Part shown: positions 26,461 to 38,300 of the stretch, piece after piece
Position numbering within the stretch: the stretch's first letter is position 1
How the letters are laid out: each line of letters opens with the position of its first letter
Origin: Epiperipatus broadwayi
Taxonomy: Eukaryota > Animalia > Onychophora
Direction: 5' to 3'
Assembly: GCA_028023455.1 (NCBI GenBank)
Contig: JAQFVV010000006.1
Coordinates: 12,834,001-12,898,000 of the forward strand
DNA length: 64,000 nt
The notes under the pieces: generated by a model
Database searches by the model: none
The model's input: the letters and a program-made list of their open reading frames with translations, nothing else
Told to the model about the DNA's origin: nothing
Position numbers and translations under genes: made by a program

Positions 26461-27535
26461 ATTAATAATCAAAGGACTCTAATGCTTAAGAGTTCATGCA
26501 AAGTTCAAGTGCAGAACTAGAATCAATCCCAGAGTCCCACATTCCAGAGTCAGACACTTTAACAATGTGCTAAACAACACAGGATTATTGCCTATACACA
26601 AGATTGCATTAAACATTTCAATTTCTTATCTAGTAAATATATTTATTGAAAGATGACTGTTGAAAATAAATGTAAAAAATACAGTAAAACAGCACTTAAC
26701 CTTGCAAAGGTTTTAGTCAAAAAAATTACAGCATACCCCAAGAGATAATGCATTATTAGTACATGCCGAAAGACAGTTTGTCTATTTTTATAATTATGAT
26801 GTAGAAATTATTAAGTGTAGAAATATAATTAAAAATATTCTTTTCAGATAACAATGACATGGAAGTAGAATACATTCAAAAACGTCTTTAACATTGATCA
26901 GAAATGTCAATGATTGAGTTTGCAAAATGTTTGTAAAAGTCACCACAAATCATATTGTTATGCTCAAGACAAAAATACATTTTGTGGCACATGCAAAACT
27001 ATTTTGATAAGCAACTTATTTTGATTGCATAGCAACATCACACCCTTACAAACATGTTATAACCACACTTACTACTTAAATATCATGGGTTAACATTTGT
27101 CATATATGAAAATGCAAATAGACAGGGCCTTCAATTTATGCACCTGATATATGTAATAATATTTATGAAAAAAAAATTGTATCTGTCTGATAAACTATGA
27201 TCTTGTTAAATAACGTAGTAAAAATCCCTTCAACAGCCTCCCACAAAAGAACATTAAAGAAGAGGGCAGTTCTTCCTACTTTTTCCAATTTCTGAGTGGT
27301 AAGAAGTTTTCACAGATTCTCATCTTTATATTACTTCCTAGCTAAGAATATCTAGGGTTCAGCAAACTTTTTAACTTGAAGAATCATTTTGTTTAAATAC
27401 CCCCACCACCATAAAAGAGACACAAGGAAAGAGGTGAAAAATAGCTTGGGTTATAAAAAATATCTATTTTTAAATGGTTGTGGATGTAATTGAACAATTA
27501 CTTTAATAATAGGACATAATGAAATCTGCATACAT

Positions 27536-27812
27536 ACATATCCAACTTTTCTTTATACTCCCCTCTTATACACTTCGTTGCAATGTTTTTATATATATCC
27601 CTTCTACTTTATTACAATTTTGACTGCCCTCCAGTCTTCATCAGATCTTTTTAAAAGAATAGCTGGTTGGAATTGTAAGAAAGAAAGATGAAAGTTAGAC
27701 AGGAGATCTGATAAAGACTGCAGGACAGTTGAAACTGTAAGAAAGGAGTTATATATATATATAAATTGCATTGAAGTGTATAAGAGGGGAATATAGTGAA
27801 AAGTTGGATATA
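27536..27812. mobile_element. Fold-back with a decayed HHR-like motif (family C)
   Basis: Inverted arms 27536-27648 and 27704-27812; arm consensus CTGATGA-a-GACTG-loop-CAGTC-GAAA-ctgta. Confidence 0.55.
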
Positions 27813-28667
27813 TAAGAATATGAAAAAAATGCAAAGAAAGTGAAAAGAAGAAGATAAGAATAAATATGCATACAGCCTAATCAAAATAAAAAAATAAATA
27901 AAAGCAAAACAAATACTTTGACAGTTTGATTCATTCACAAATTTCTAATATTTAAATATTCATCATATACAATAATTAATATTCTTAAAAAAGCCGAATT
28001 CAAGAAACAATGTTGTAATGCACATTTTTCCTCTTCTAGAATCATCAAAATATTTATTTACAAATTGCAAGAGGAAATAAAATATATGTTATGTTTACCA
28101 TAATAAAAAGGGTTATGAGATTGGAAGCAACGAGTTACATCTGGCTCCCGAGCCCCGCACTTTTCCAACTCCTGCCTTAGGTTGTTATCTGAATTAGTTA
28201 TGGGATGGCTATTTGAAAAAATCTCAAACTGTTGGAAAAAACAAAATGTACTTATATCTAATTATTTGTACAAGCATTAATAATTAAATTTTAGATTGCA
28301 ATATTGCATTTAAATAATTTAATAATATTCATTCATTTATAATACCAATGAATGCACACATGCACAAATATATCTCCTCCACATAAATATATCTCCTACA
28401 CCTTATATTTAATAAACTTTTATTACATATATTATATATTGTTTATTATTCTTATTAATGTGTACTTAAATTGTTTTAAATATACTTTTCGTTTTTTTAA
28501 CACTGCAAAGCTTATGACCAATTTGAGATACAAGCTAATTCTTTTTTATACAGTATTACATATATTAAGTACATAGATTTAAGATCTAGCTGTGTATTTG
28601 TGTGGGATTAATGTTAATCCTAACATTTAAACTGACAGTTTGGTTACAACACATTTTATAAGAATGT

Positions 28668-29169
28668 TTTAAAACAGGCAAAATTGCCACACACAGCAAG
28701 CTAGAGTAATCAATGGATGTCAGAAGGCTTGTGCATAAAATCCCTATCTAGTGCCTACTCATCCACTATCCCCAGACTAGTTTCTGGCTTGTGGCCTTCA
28801 TCAGTGAGGAGCCTTGGATCTGAAAATACTGCACCTAGATCTTAGGATCTAATGCAACCCTCCAGCAGCCACTCTTTATCTCCATTTAACTACAAAACTA
28901 TGAGTCTTAAACTGAAAACACCTTAATGTTTTCAATTCAAGCCCATTAGCTTATATAGTCATATGGGTCTGAACTCAGTTCAGCACCCATACATTTTGGT
29001 GTCTTAGGTTCTTTAATAACCATAGCCACCACTATCCTATTAGGCAGGATTGGTTTTAAGCCAATAAACATCACATGACCACCACTTCTTATGCTTGCAT
29101 ATAACTGTTTTAAAACAGACAAAACTCATTATACATATTGCCACATACAGAAGTGGTGGTCATGTGATG
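28668..29169. mobile_element. Family A, more than one monomer plus a short inverted tail, 13-bp TSD; intact HHR on - strand at 28769-28810
   Basis: TSD tttataagaatgt at 28655-67 and 29170-82. Confidence 0.92.
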
Positions 29170-29337
29170 TTTATAAGAATGTATCATATTCATTTGCAAA
29201 TTGTATCTGATAAACTGTGATTTCCAATGTAAATGTTAGTCCAGTAGCAAAAAATATTTATGTATATTGTTTATGATATTACTTACAATGCTTTGTTGAA
29301 GATTCTCAATAATTAATGTTAAAGACATTATTTTTGT

Positions 29338-29446
29338 TGAGCGTTGATAGCCGAGAGGTCATCGCAGCCGCCTTGCAAGCAAATAGTTGGTTGCAGACGG
29401 TTGTGGGTTCGCCTCCCGGCCGATGCTATGACATGAAAAAAAAAAG
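29338..29446 (+). mobile_element. tRNA-Gly-derived SINE with poly(A)
   Basis: gagcgttgatagccgagaggtc...gggttcgcctcccggccgatgctatgacatgaaaaaaaaaa. Confidence 0.8.
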
Positions 29447-29724
29447 ATATTATTTTGGCTATATTTTTGGGGGAAATATCCATGTTGCCATCATTTATAA
29501 AAAAAAAAAATTGTATAATCTTTATTTATTTTAATAATGTCCAAACTATAACAGAAAATAATGTATTTTATTATATAAATATAATAAATGAATTAAAAAA
29601 TAACAAACACAGTCTTCTATTTTATAAATAGCCACTAATTTCAATATATATATACAATAAATGATACACAAACTTCTTTATAAATCTTGATTTATTACAA
29701 TATGAACTATTATAACATACACTG

Positions 29725-30000
29725 TATACTCCAATGTTTTGACTAGTCTATAAAATAAAAAATACATAAAAAACAATAAATACAAATATTCCATGATATA
29801 TATAACAAATACTTCTTACTTTAAAACTCTTCTAATAAACAATCTTAACTTTTTTATTAGATTGTTTATTAGAAGAGTTTTAAAGTAAGAGATATTTGTA
29901 TTGTTATATGTATTATGAAATATTTATATTTATTGATTTTATGTATTTTTTAATTGTTCCTTGATAAAGACTATAAAATAATATAGTAAAACGTTGGAGT
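29725..30000. mobile_element. Fold-back with a U3-A8 HHR-like motif (family E, + strand 29956-30000)
   Basis: gttcc-TTGATAA-ag-ACTATA-aaataa-TATAGT-aaaACGTT-ggagt; the other arm retains TAGTC-aaaa-catt-ggag. Confidence 0.55.
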
Positions 30001-31050
30001 ATATAATTTAATACAATAATCTAAATAAAATTGAAACAAACAACTAATTATGTTTACAATTATTTAATTATCAACCTAGCTTTCATCTTTTATTGAGATC
30101 TTTTCAAGATATAAAGTTTTATACATCACATGACCTATTAATTACATTTACTCCACCTATTGGACATTATTTTACCGTCAACAATATAATTAACATTATA
30201 AACATATAAATAAATTACATAAAATAAAAATATATATTAAAAAATGTAAAACTATATAAATACACATATATATTTATATACCTATAAAAATAAATATTCT
30301 CTCCTCCCTCTCTTTTATAAACTTTCAGAATTCTACTATCGTTTTTAAATTTTCCAATTATCTAATAATGCCCATTTTCCATCTAATTTTGCTGGACCTT
30401 TAACTAGAATTACAAATCTATCCAAATTTTTCAGAATGTATAAACTTTCATAAGATAGACTTTTTGGATTATCTTTAATCTGTTTTATAACTCTAATATT
30501 CTTCTCATGCTCCATTTTATAACCAGAATCTAAATAATATTTATATGGTCCTGACCTAATATCTCTCCTATTAATTGCTCTGTCATGTTTCTTCTCTCTA
30601 TCACTTCTCATTTGTCTTGTCTCTCCTATATATACCTTATTACAATTTCCACATTCAATTTTATAAACTATTTCTCCTTAAGATACCATTTACTCCTACT
30701 TGTATTATGTAACCATATACCCAAAGGCTTACTACTTTTCTAAGCTATTCTTACATTATCTGGTAATTTATATAAAGATATATGTATAGACTTTTATATA
30801 GTTTTAAAAAAAATATGTATTTTTATTTTATGTCATTTATTTACATGTTTATATGTAAAATGTTAATTATCTCGTTGAAGGTAAAATAATGTCCAATATG
30901 TGGAGTAAATGTAATTAATAGGTCATGTGATTTATGAAACTTTATATCTTGAAAAGATCTCAGTAAGAGATGAGAGCCGAATTGATAATTAAATAATTGT
31001 AAATGTAATTAGTTGTTTGTTTCAATTTTATTTAGATTGATTATTATATT
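29998..31050. mobile_element. Penelope-like element remnant: GIY-YIG fragment (- strand, 30345-30765) with its 3' UTR duplicated in inverted orientation
   Basis: The frame upstream of ORF 30345..30611 reads GEIVYKIECGNCNKVYIGETRQMRSDREKKH; inverted arms ~30000-30270 and ~30780-31050. Confidence 0.85.
30068..30112 (-). ncRNA. PLE-associated minimal HHR-like motif, U3-A8 variant (mirror copy on + at 30945-30987)
   Basis: TATC-TTGAAAA-g-ATCTc-aataa-aAGAT-GAAA-gctagg-TT-GATA; the mirror has stem II ATCTC/GAGAT. Confidence 0.55.
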
Positions 31051-31799
31051 AAGTATATATCTATAACAACATTGTGAACAAATAATTTTTTATGTTGGAT
31101 ATTTGTTCATTGTATATATTTGAGTATATTATTGTACATTGTAATAGTTCATATTATAACAAATCAAGATTTATAAAGAAGTTTGTGTGTGGTTTGTTGT
31201 ATATATATTTAAATATAATAAATATAAATCTACAATACTTTCAATCTTTTTTTTTTTTTTTGCATTTCATGGTGTATATTAATAACAAATTTATCTCTCG
31301 AATACACGCAACTTACATCCAATTTTTGACTGTGATCCTTACAGGATTAATATACAATATAAAAAAATTCTATATTTTTATGATAAAAACTTTTGGACTT
31401 AATTATTTTTTTATATAAATTATTTAAAACTAAATCTATTATTGTAGTTTAACAATATTATAAAAACATAAATTAATTTCACGGCTCCATGCCTTTTCAT
31501 CATTTCAATTAAATTTAATGAAAAAGCTTGAATTTCTTTTTTTAAAATTAAGTATACTTAAAATATTTAAAATTATCCTTTAAATTATATTATTAATTTC
31601 TCACTATAATCATTAATTAACCATTTTAATTTAATTTAATTATTATTTTCAACACAAGAGTTTGTTTTTAATAACCTCAAAATATTATATAAAACATGAT
31701 CACTAATATCAATAAATTCAAACTAAATCCCTTTAATACAAAAAAAAAAAAAAGGTTTTTTTTTTATCATTAAAAATTATTTTACTAAAAAAAATGTTA

Positions 31800-32165
31800 T
31801 ACATTGTACAGGCTTAACACCTGCATTTACATATGTAATATATGCGGGATTCGAACTCAGATTTTCACACGATCCACAACTCTCAGTGCCATCTTAGAGT
31901 GCTGACCCACCTGATTACACACATGTTGAAAAGATAAATAATCACCAATATACGTATTTTGTGCTAAACCAGCACTCATCAGTTGGTACTGTTTGCATAT
32001 ATGTGTGGAGATGGTAATGTGGAGCAACTGATGAGTGCTGGTTTCGCACGAAATACATATATTGGTGAGTATTTATCTTTTCAACATGTGTGTGATCAGG
32101 TGGGTCAGCAATATAAGATGGCACTGAGAGTTGTGGGTCGTGTGAAAGTCTGAGTTCGAATCCTG
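31800..32165. mobile_element. HHR repeat family B fold-back (HHR on - at 31944-31987 and on + at 32023-32066)
   Basis: Inverted arms ~31845-31990 and ~32020-32165. Confidence 0.92.
32023..32066 (+). ncRNA. Type I hammerhead ribozyme motif, family B; predicted cleavage after A32061
   Basis: CAA-CTGATGA-GTGC-tggtttc-GCAC-GAAA-TACATA-TA-TTG; the family consensus has stem I ACCAA/TTGGT and palindromic stem III ATACGTAT. Confidence 0.88.
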
Positions 32166-32176
32166 CATAAAAAATG

Positions 32177-32207
32177 TTCTAACTTTGCACTTTCTTTTTA
32201 GGTAAGT
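32177..32207 (+). other. Candidate recursive (zero-length exon) splice site
   Basis: TTCTAAC-tttgcactttcttttt-AG|GTAAGT: branch-point-like motif, pyrimidine tract, acceptor directly followed by a consensus donor. Confidence 0.35.
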
Positions 32208-32943
32208 GAAATAAAAATATTTTTGATGATAAACACATTTTTAGTATTTCTTTCAACTGTGGAAATATATCATAATTTGATTCCATAACACTAACTTCAT
32301 TGTACTACAGTATAGTTTTATTTTTAAAAATAGCAAGCAAGAAATTTAGATGGAACAAATGCTGTCTGAAATATGTTAAAACAATTTTTCTGGTTTCTTC
32401 ATACTTAGATCAGTTACATTTTATGACGTAATTTTAAGGTTCATTTAAAATCAGTCAAATCTCCAAGTATTGACACAAACCACTTACATAGTGTCTGCCG
32501 GACAAAAGATGGTTATGGAAACTCTACTTATAATATCTAGGGCTTCATTGTAATGCAATTAAATTACAACTTCAGCATAAGCTGTGAGTTAGAATTTCAG
32601 CTCTCGTTAAACTGAATTTCTTCAATGTCCTCTGATTAACCTTTTATTTATACAAACAGGATTATCATGCCAGTACAACCAGATGGTTCTAATCAGCATT
32701 TAAAATCAAATTTATTACAATATTCCATTGACTTTTGTAAAAAGAAATAATTGCAACTGCAAAGCAAATTTTATTTTATGAGCCCTTTTTAACGCTGTTG
32801 TGAAACAAAATTTGAATTTTTAATTACCTATAAATTAAAAAAAAAAAAATTGAATATACCCATTTGGAGCTTAACGTTGTTTATAATTATAATATTAAAT
32901 TTTTTTAAATAGATGACTATTACAATTAAATAGATTTAATGTT

Positions 32944-33387
32944 AAGCCATCAAATGTCACATGATTACTATTCTTTATGCTTACATAAGCTGTTTACACA
33001 CAGGCTAAACTCTCCATATAGTAGCACCACTCAGTGTAAGCCAGAGTAATCAATGGATGCAGGAAGGTGTGTGCATAAAATCCCTATCTAGTGCCTACTC
33101 AATATTCCTCAGACTAGTTTCTAGTTTGTGGCTTTCATCAGTGAGGAGTATTGGATCTGAGAGCACTGCACCTAGACCTTAGGATCTAATGCAACCCTCC
33201 AGCAGCCACCTTTTATCTCTACTTAACTACAAAGCTCCTCACTGATGAAAGCCACAAGCTAGAAACTAGTATGGGGATGTTGGATGAGTAGGCACTAGGT
33301 AGGGATTTTATGTACACACTTTCATGCATCCATTAATTGCTCTGGCTTGCACTGGTGGTGCTACTACATAGAGAGTTTTGCCTGTGT
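32944..33387. mobile_element. Family A fold-back with two HHRs (+ copy 33236-33277, GUA triplet)
   Basis: TSD-like atagatttaa(t/a)gtt at 32930-43 and 33388-401; stem II AGC/GCT. Confidence 0.92.
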
Positions 33388-34601
33388 ATAGATTTAAAGT
33401 TACTATTCTTTTTCTTATCTTGTTTCTAATTACATGCCAAAAACACTTTGAATGTTGGCTAAGGAAAAAGTTTATTTATTAACAGTGGCTGAGTGTGATT
33501 TTATCTAGACAAGCTATGAGTCTGGTGTTTCTAGTTGAAAGCATTGTTCAGCTATAAAGAGATAGAATAAACTTTTTCTTAGCCAACATTTGAAATGTTT
33601 TCGGCAATTAATTAAATAGATTGTTAAAATTTATTTTCTTCAACTGAAATTTTATTTTATACATCAATACTGAAGTATTTATTTGGAATTAAATAAAAAA
33701 TTATGCAATGTTTCATTATATTTGATAACTGAAATTTTAAATGAATAGTTTCTAATATTTAAACATTAATTTAAAACAAAATTTAAAATGTTGTAAATGT
33801 TTTATTGTGTTTGTGGCATTTCTATTCCCACATACAAATATGACACATACTTATCATTACTTTTACTAATTTACTATTTCTAAGAATACTGACTTTTACC
33901 TATTTCAAATCTAATTAAGTACATAATACAATTATTCTTTTATTTTTAAATTTAGTGCATGCATGCACTTTGATATGCTATCTTATACATAAAATCCATA
34001 TTTTGTCTGTTGTTTGATTGGTTAATGTATGTTTGTCTCTGCCATGTGTCAAATTCACAACCAATTAAAAAAAACTTATGTTTGTTCATAATGCTGTCAA
34101 ATTCACAATTGAAAAATCAAAAAAAAACTTTATTCACCATTTAGAAAATAGACGAAGTGGGGATTTTATATATATAGATAACTAACTAACCTGTAATTTA
34201 TATTATGAGCATCTTATGCATTGTAAGTAATTCCAATCTTCATAAGTTATAAATGTTTCAGTTGCAAAGCAAGATACGCAATTGACTACAACAGTGATAA
34301 GTGATTGTTATCTTTGGATAATAATTTTAATAATAATGATTAAAAAAAACAGTAGATGAGTAAGCTTTAAAAAAACAGAAAAGATCACTTTTAGTTTACC
34401 AATTTGAAATTTGCTTTTATTTTTCCTAAGTTTAATATTCAAAGTTCAAAGGTCAATTATTAAACTTCGGAAGAAAAAAAAATTTGTTTTGTTAAATGTC
34501 AAATTTATAAAAATAATTTTTATATTGGGATGAATATTTTTATTGTAATTAATAAAATTAGTTTTAAAAAATGACTGGAAAAATAATCAATATAATTTAT
34601 T

Positions 34602-34708
34602 GACAAGCGTTGGTAGTCGAGAGGTCAGCACGGCGTCTTACAAGCAGTTGTCCCGGGTTAGCGGGTTTGCGTCCCGGCCGATGCTATGACACATGTAAAA
34701 AAAAAAAA
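34602..34708 (+). mobile_element. tRNA-Gly-derived SINE with a 17-bp TSD
   Basis: TSD aatcaatataatttatt at 34585-601 and 34709-25; body resembles tRNA-Gly(TCC); poly(A) tail. Confidence 0.9.
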
Positions 34709-35877
34709 AATCAATATAATTTATTTATTTGTTTGTTTCAAAAAAATATGATTTAAATTTTTAAATGAGAAACTCATGTTCTATCAGCATCTCTAGTCTG
34801 TTTTTCGTTTTGCAATCGCCATTAACTGCTCGTTTATTTTTATTAAAGAACCACGTTATAAACAAAAACAAGTATTATAAAATGGTCATAATAATGTATC
34901 GTAGCTAGATCCACAGGATAAGCCATTTATCCTATATGAGGTAGTCTGAATTGATTATTTATTTGGCCTGATATGTGATCAAACTTCAGCTGCTATTTCT
35001 AAGTTCTGTTAAACCTATGGCAAAAATTTGTGTTTGCAAAGTGATTGTTAATTGAAAGTCCTTTCTTACAAAATATTTGTTTTTGGAGAGGTGAGGAAAT
35101 AAGATTTAAGGAAATACGATCTGAATAAATTAAAACTTGAAGCAGCTAAAGTGCTAAAAAAATAATTAATGTTTCTACATTCTCAAGAGTGGATTTTCAG
35201 CATCCTGAATACCAGAATAGACTCCGTGATATAAAGCAAACAAATGAAGAAATGTTAAGCTTAACAAAAAGGAAATTTAAACCGGAGAAGTGATAAAACT
35301 TTTAGTGTTTAAAAGATGTGATCACCTGAAAGATGGTAATATTTAAGTATTTATTTTATTTTATAATTTAATTTAATAATATTTAAATATTTCATATGTC
35401 TTATTGTATAATAAATATTTTAGTTGTTATTTATTAATCCAGCCATCTGTTTCTCTTGTCATAAATTCTGACCATTTAAATAATAAATTAAACTTTATAA
35501 TAGCTAGGGAGATAAGAATTCATTTTCTACTGAATTAGTTAGGGTATTGTTTAATAATACTGATGTTGTAAAATATCCTCCCATGGATTTCCAGTTTTGG
35601 GTTAGCGCTCTGGTTTTAAACCTAATATAAATTTTTAATCCATAGATGATATAATTTCCTTTCAGTTACTTAGGAGAGATTAATGGTCTGGAAAAGTGAT
35701 ATAGTCTATAATATTTTTATTGTTATACCTATGTTTGGCCGTTAGTATGATTTACGATTAAATTAAATTATATTTTTACACCTATTTTGTTGAGTCACTG
35801 TAATTTGGATTAAAGTATTAAATCTTGGAGCTATTTTTTTATTATTAAACATTAACTTTTTATATTCATAGGATTAT

Positions 35878-36455
35878 TGAAGAGTAGTAATTAATTAATT
35901 GAGTGCACAGACAGCATATATAAATATTTTAAACAGGCTTTAGTCTGTACTCAATGCGCTTTAAAATTTATAATAATCAAGCATATTTTTGCCAATAGAG
36001 GGAACCTTCCAAACCATGACATGTAGCTACTTTTATAAAGATAAAAGTGGCCATCTTATCTTTAACCTAAAGTCTGTTTAAACTATTTATATATGCTCTC
36101 TGTGCACTCAATAAAGTAATTACTACTCTTCAATAGTTTATAGAATTTCCAATATTAAGATCATACTATTAACTCACTGTAAATCGCAAGATTTTGCGTA
36201 AGTTAATTTGTAAAGGAAATAGTGGACTTAAACAATGGAGAAAACAACTACTTCATGCTTTCAAATCAAGATGCTTCAGATTCGCCTATATAAGTGGACA
36301 TTTAGGTTAAAGATAAGAGCCGCTCTTATCTTTATAAAAGTCACTATCTTGTGTTGTGGTTTGGAAGATTCCCTCTATCAGCAAAATATACTTGATTATT
36401 GCGAATTTTAAAGCGCATTGATTATAGGCTAAAGCCTGTTTAAACTATTTCATAG
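35878..36455. repeat. Complex inverted repeat, unclassified
   Basis: 35878-35935 inverse to ~36075-36135, and ~35930-36070 inverse to ~36300-36450. Confidence 0.65.
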
Positions 36456-37065
36456 GATTATTATAATTTATGTTTAACTTTAATTTTGATGCCTTTTTTG
36501 TCAAATGACAGGATTGTTACAATATTTAATAATCCGTAATTTTTATTACAAAGCATATTTTATGTGAAGTAAGTAATTCCACCATTAATAACCATAATTT
36601 TTTTTACGAAGCATTTTATGCAAAGAAACTAATTTCTTTTTTATATTTAAGAGACTTAATTTGATTATGAGCATTTTATTCGAAGCAAATAGTTCTGCAA
36701 AGCAAAAAATAATTGTTAAACAACCAATTAAAAGAAGGTATTACAAAAGTGATAGCATTTTAGGCCAGGTGTATTTCAAAAATGACGGCCTTTCAAAATG
36801 GGTATATTTCTCACAATTATTTATATAATATTAAAATCTTTTGTGAATTTAAGTTGAGTCTTATTCTTTTTGTTGTTAAAGCAATAAAAAAAATGATGGC
36901 CTTTCAATAGGGGGGGGGGGATACATTTGGTTTCAATATAAAAAGACTATGAAGATGAATAATCAACATTTGAGATTTATGATCATATCTCTAAAGTTTG
37001 TTATAAATCTTGAACTAATAGTCCATGTAAAATTTTTCAGGTCAATCTCTCTCCCTATATATCCA

Positions 37066-37557
37066 TTTCTTGGATCCAGAGACTTGAAGTCTGAACATCC
37101 AATCAGAAATATTTCTTGGATCTAGAGACTTGAAATCTGAACATCCAATCAGAAATATTTCTTGGATCTAGAGAATTAAAATCTGAACATCCAATCAGAA
37201 AAATTTCTTGGATCTAAAGACTTGAAATCTGAACATCCAATCAGAAATATTTTTTTGGATCTAGAGACTTGAAATCTGAACATCCAATTAGAAATATTTC
37301 TTGGATCTAGAGACTTGAAATCTGAACATCCAATCAGAAATGATATTTCTTGGGTCTTGAAATCTGAACATGCAATCAGAAATATTTCTTGGATCTAAAG
37401 ATTTGAAATCTGAACATCTAATCAAAAAATATTTCTTGGATCTAGAGACTTAAAATCTAAACATCCAATCAGAAATATTTCTTGGATTTAGAGACTTGAA
37501 ATCTGAACATTCAATCAGAAATGATATTTCTTGGGTCTTGAAATCTGAACATCCAAT
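37066..37557. repeat. 46-bp minisatellite, ~11 copies, with a 181-bp higher-order duplication
   Basis: Unit tttcttggatctagagacttgaaatctgaacatccaatcagaaata at 37066, 37112, 37158...; a variant unit recurs at 37341 and 37522. Confidence 0.95.
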
Positions 37558-37789
37558 GAACAATAATAGTCACATCCAATCAAGGATAATAGTGGAGATT
37601 TCTCATTTAGGTTTATTAATTACAACTAACTACAATGTTGGAGCTTGATTCTTTTTAGACCATAGAAGTATACATATATGGTATTTAATCCATTAAGCTT
37701 CAGCATTTAAGTCTTCATAATTGATGAATAATTTATTTTATATGTATGTATATAAGCCTTGAACACTTAACTGACGAAAAAATGCAGAA

Positions 37790-38120
37790 ATTTCAGACCA
37801 TTCAATGAAATATGTAGAAATGTATGTTAAAAATAATAAGAAAAAAATCAAAAACACAGGGCAAAGAACAAACAGGTGTTGCTGACAACATTGAAAGAAT
37901 TACAAGACAGAAATGGATCTGGGTTGGATATATTTGTAGAAGACATGATGATAGGTGGGCAATTAAAGTTTTAAAAATCAGATTCCAAGAGATTTTAAAA
38001 GACTTGTTAAGTGAGATTAGTGGAAGATTGTTTGTGTGTTGTGGAGGAATTAGGGAATCTGGATTAAACATGGATATATCATCCTGCACTGGATTGATAA
38101 TGGTTGAAAATGATGATGAC
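37790..38120 (+). mobile_element. RTE-clade LINE 3' fragment
   Basis: ORF 37824..38123: EQTGVADNIERITRQKWIWVGYICRRHDDRWAIKVL. Confidence 0.75.
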
Positions 38121-38220
38121 TAATTTATGCTCACATTGAAATACCAAATAGAGAAGAAATGTAATGCTGTATAAAATACTTCTGATAAGAACACGTTTAT
38201 GTTCCATCGGGTATTATAAT

Positions 38221-38300
38221 TAAAACAGGCAAAACTCTCCATACAGTAGTGGCACTCAGTGCCAAACAGAGTAATCAATGGTGATCATGTGATGTTTACT
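38221..38300. mobile_element. Minimal 80-bp family A insertion, 12-bp TSD (another short family A piece at ~38488-38590)
   Basis: TSD gggtattataat at 38209-20 and 38301-12. Confidence 0.9.

Noticed and set aside
32491-32590. Minus-strand exon with acceptor ctaactcacag and donor gtaagt
   Set aside because: All three frames contain stops; could be non-coding but there is no support.
35050-35340. Possible coding exon (…VDFQHPEYQNRLRDIKQTNEEMLSLTKRKF)
   Set aside because: Needs frameshifts and stop read-through, has no clear acceptor, and I recognise no homology.
37066-37557. CRISPR array or coding repeat
   Set aside because: Contiguous units without unique spacers, eukaryotic context, and 46 bp is not a multiple of 3.
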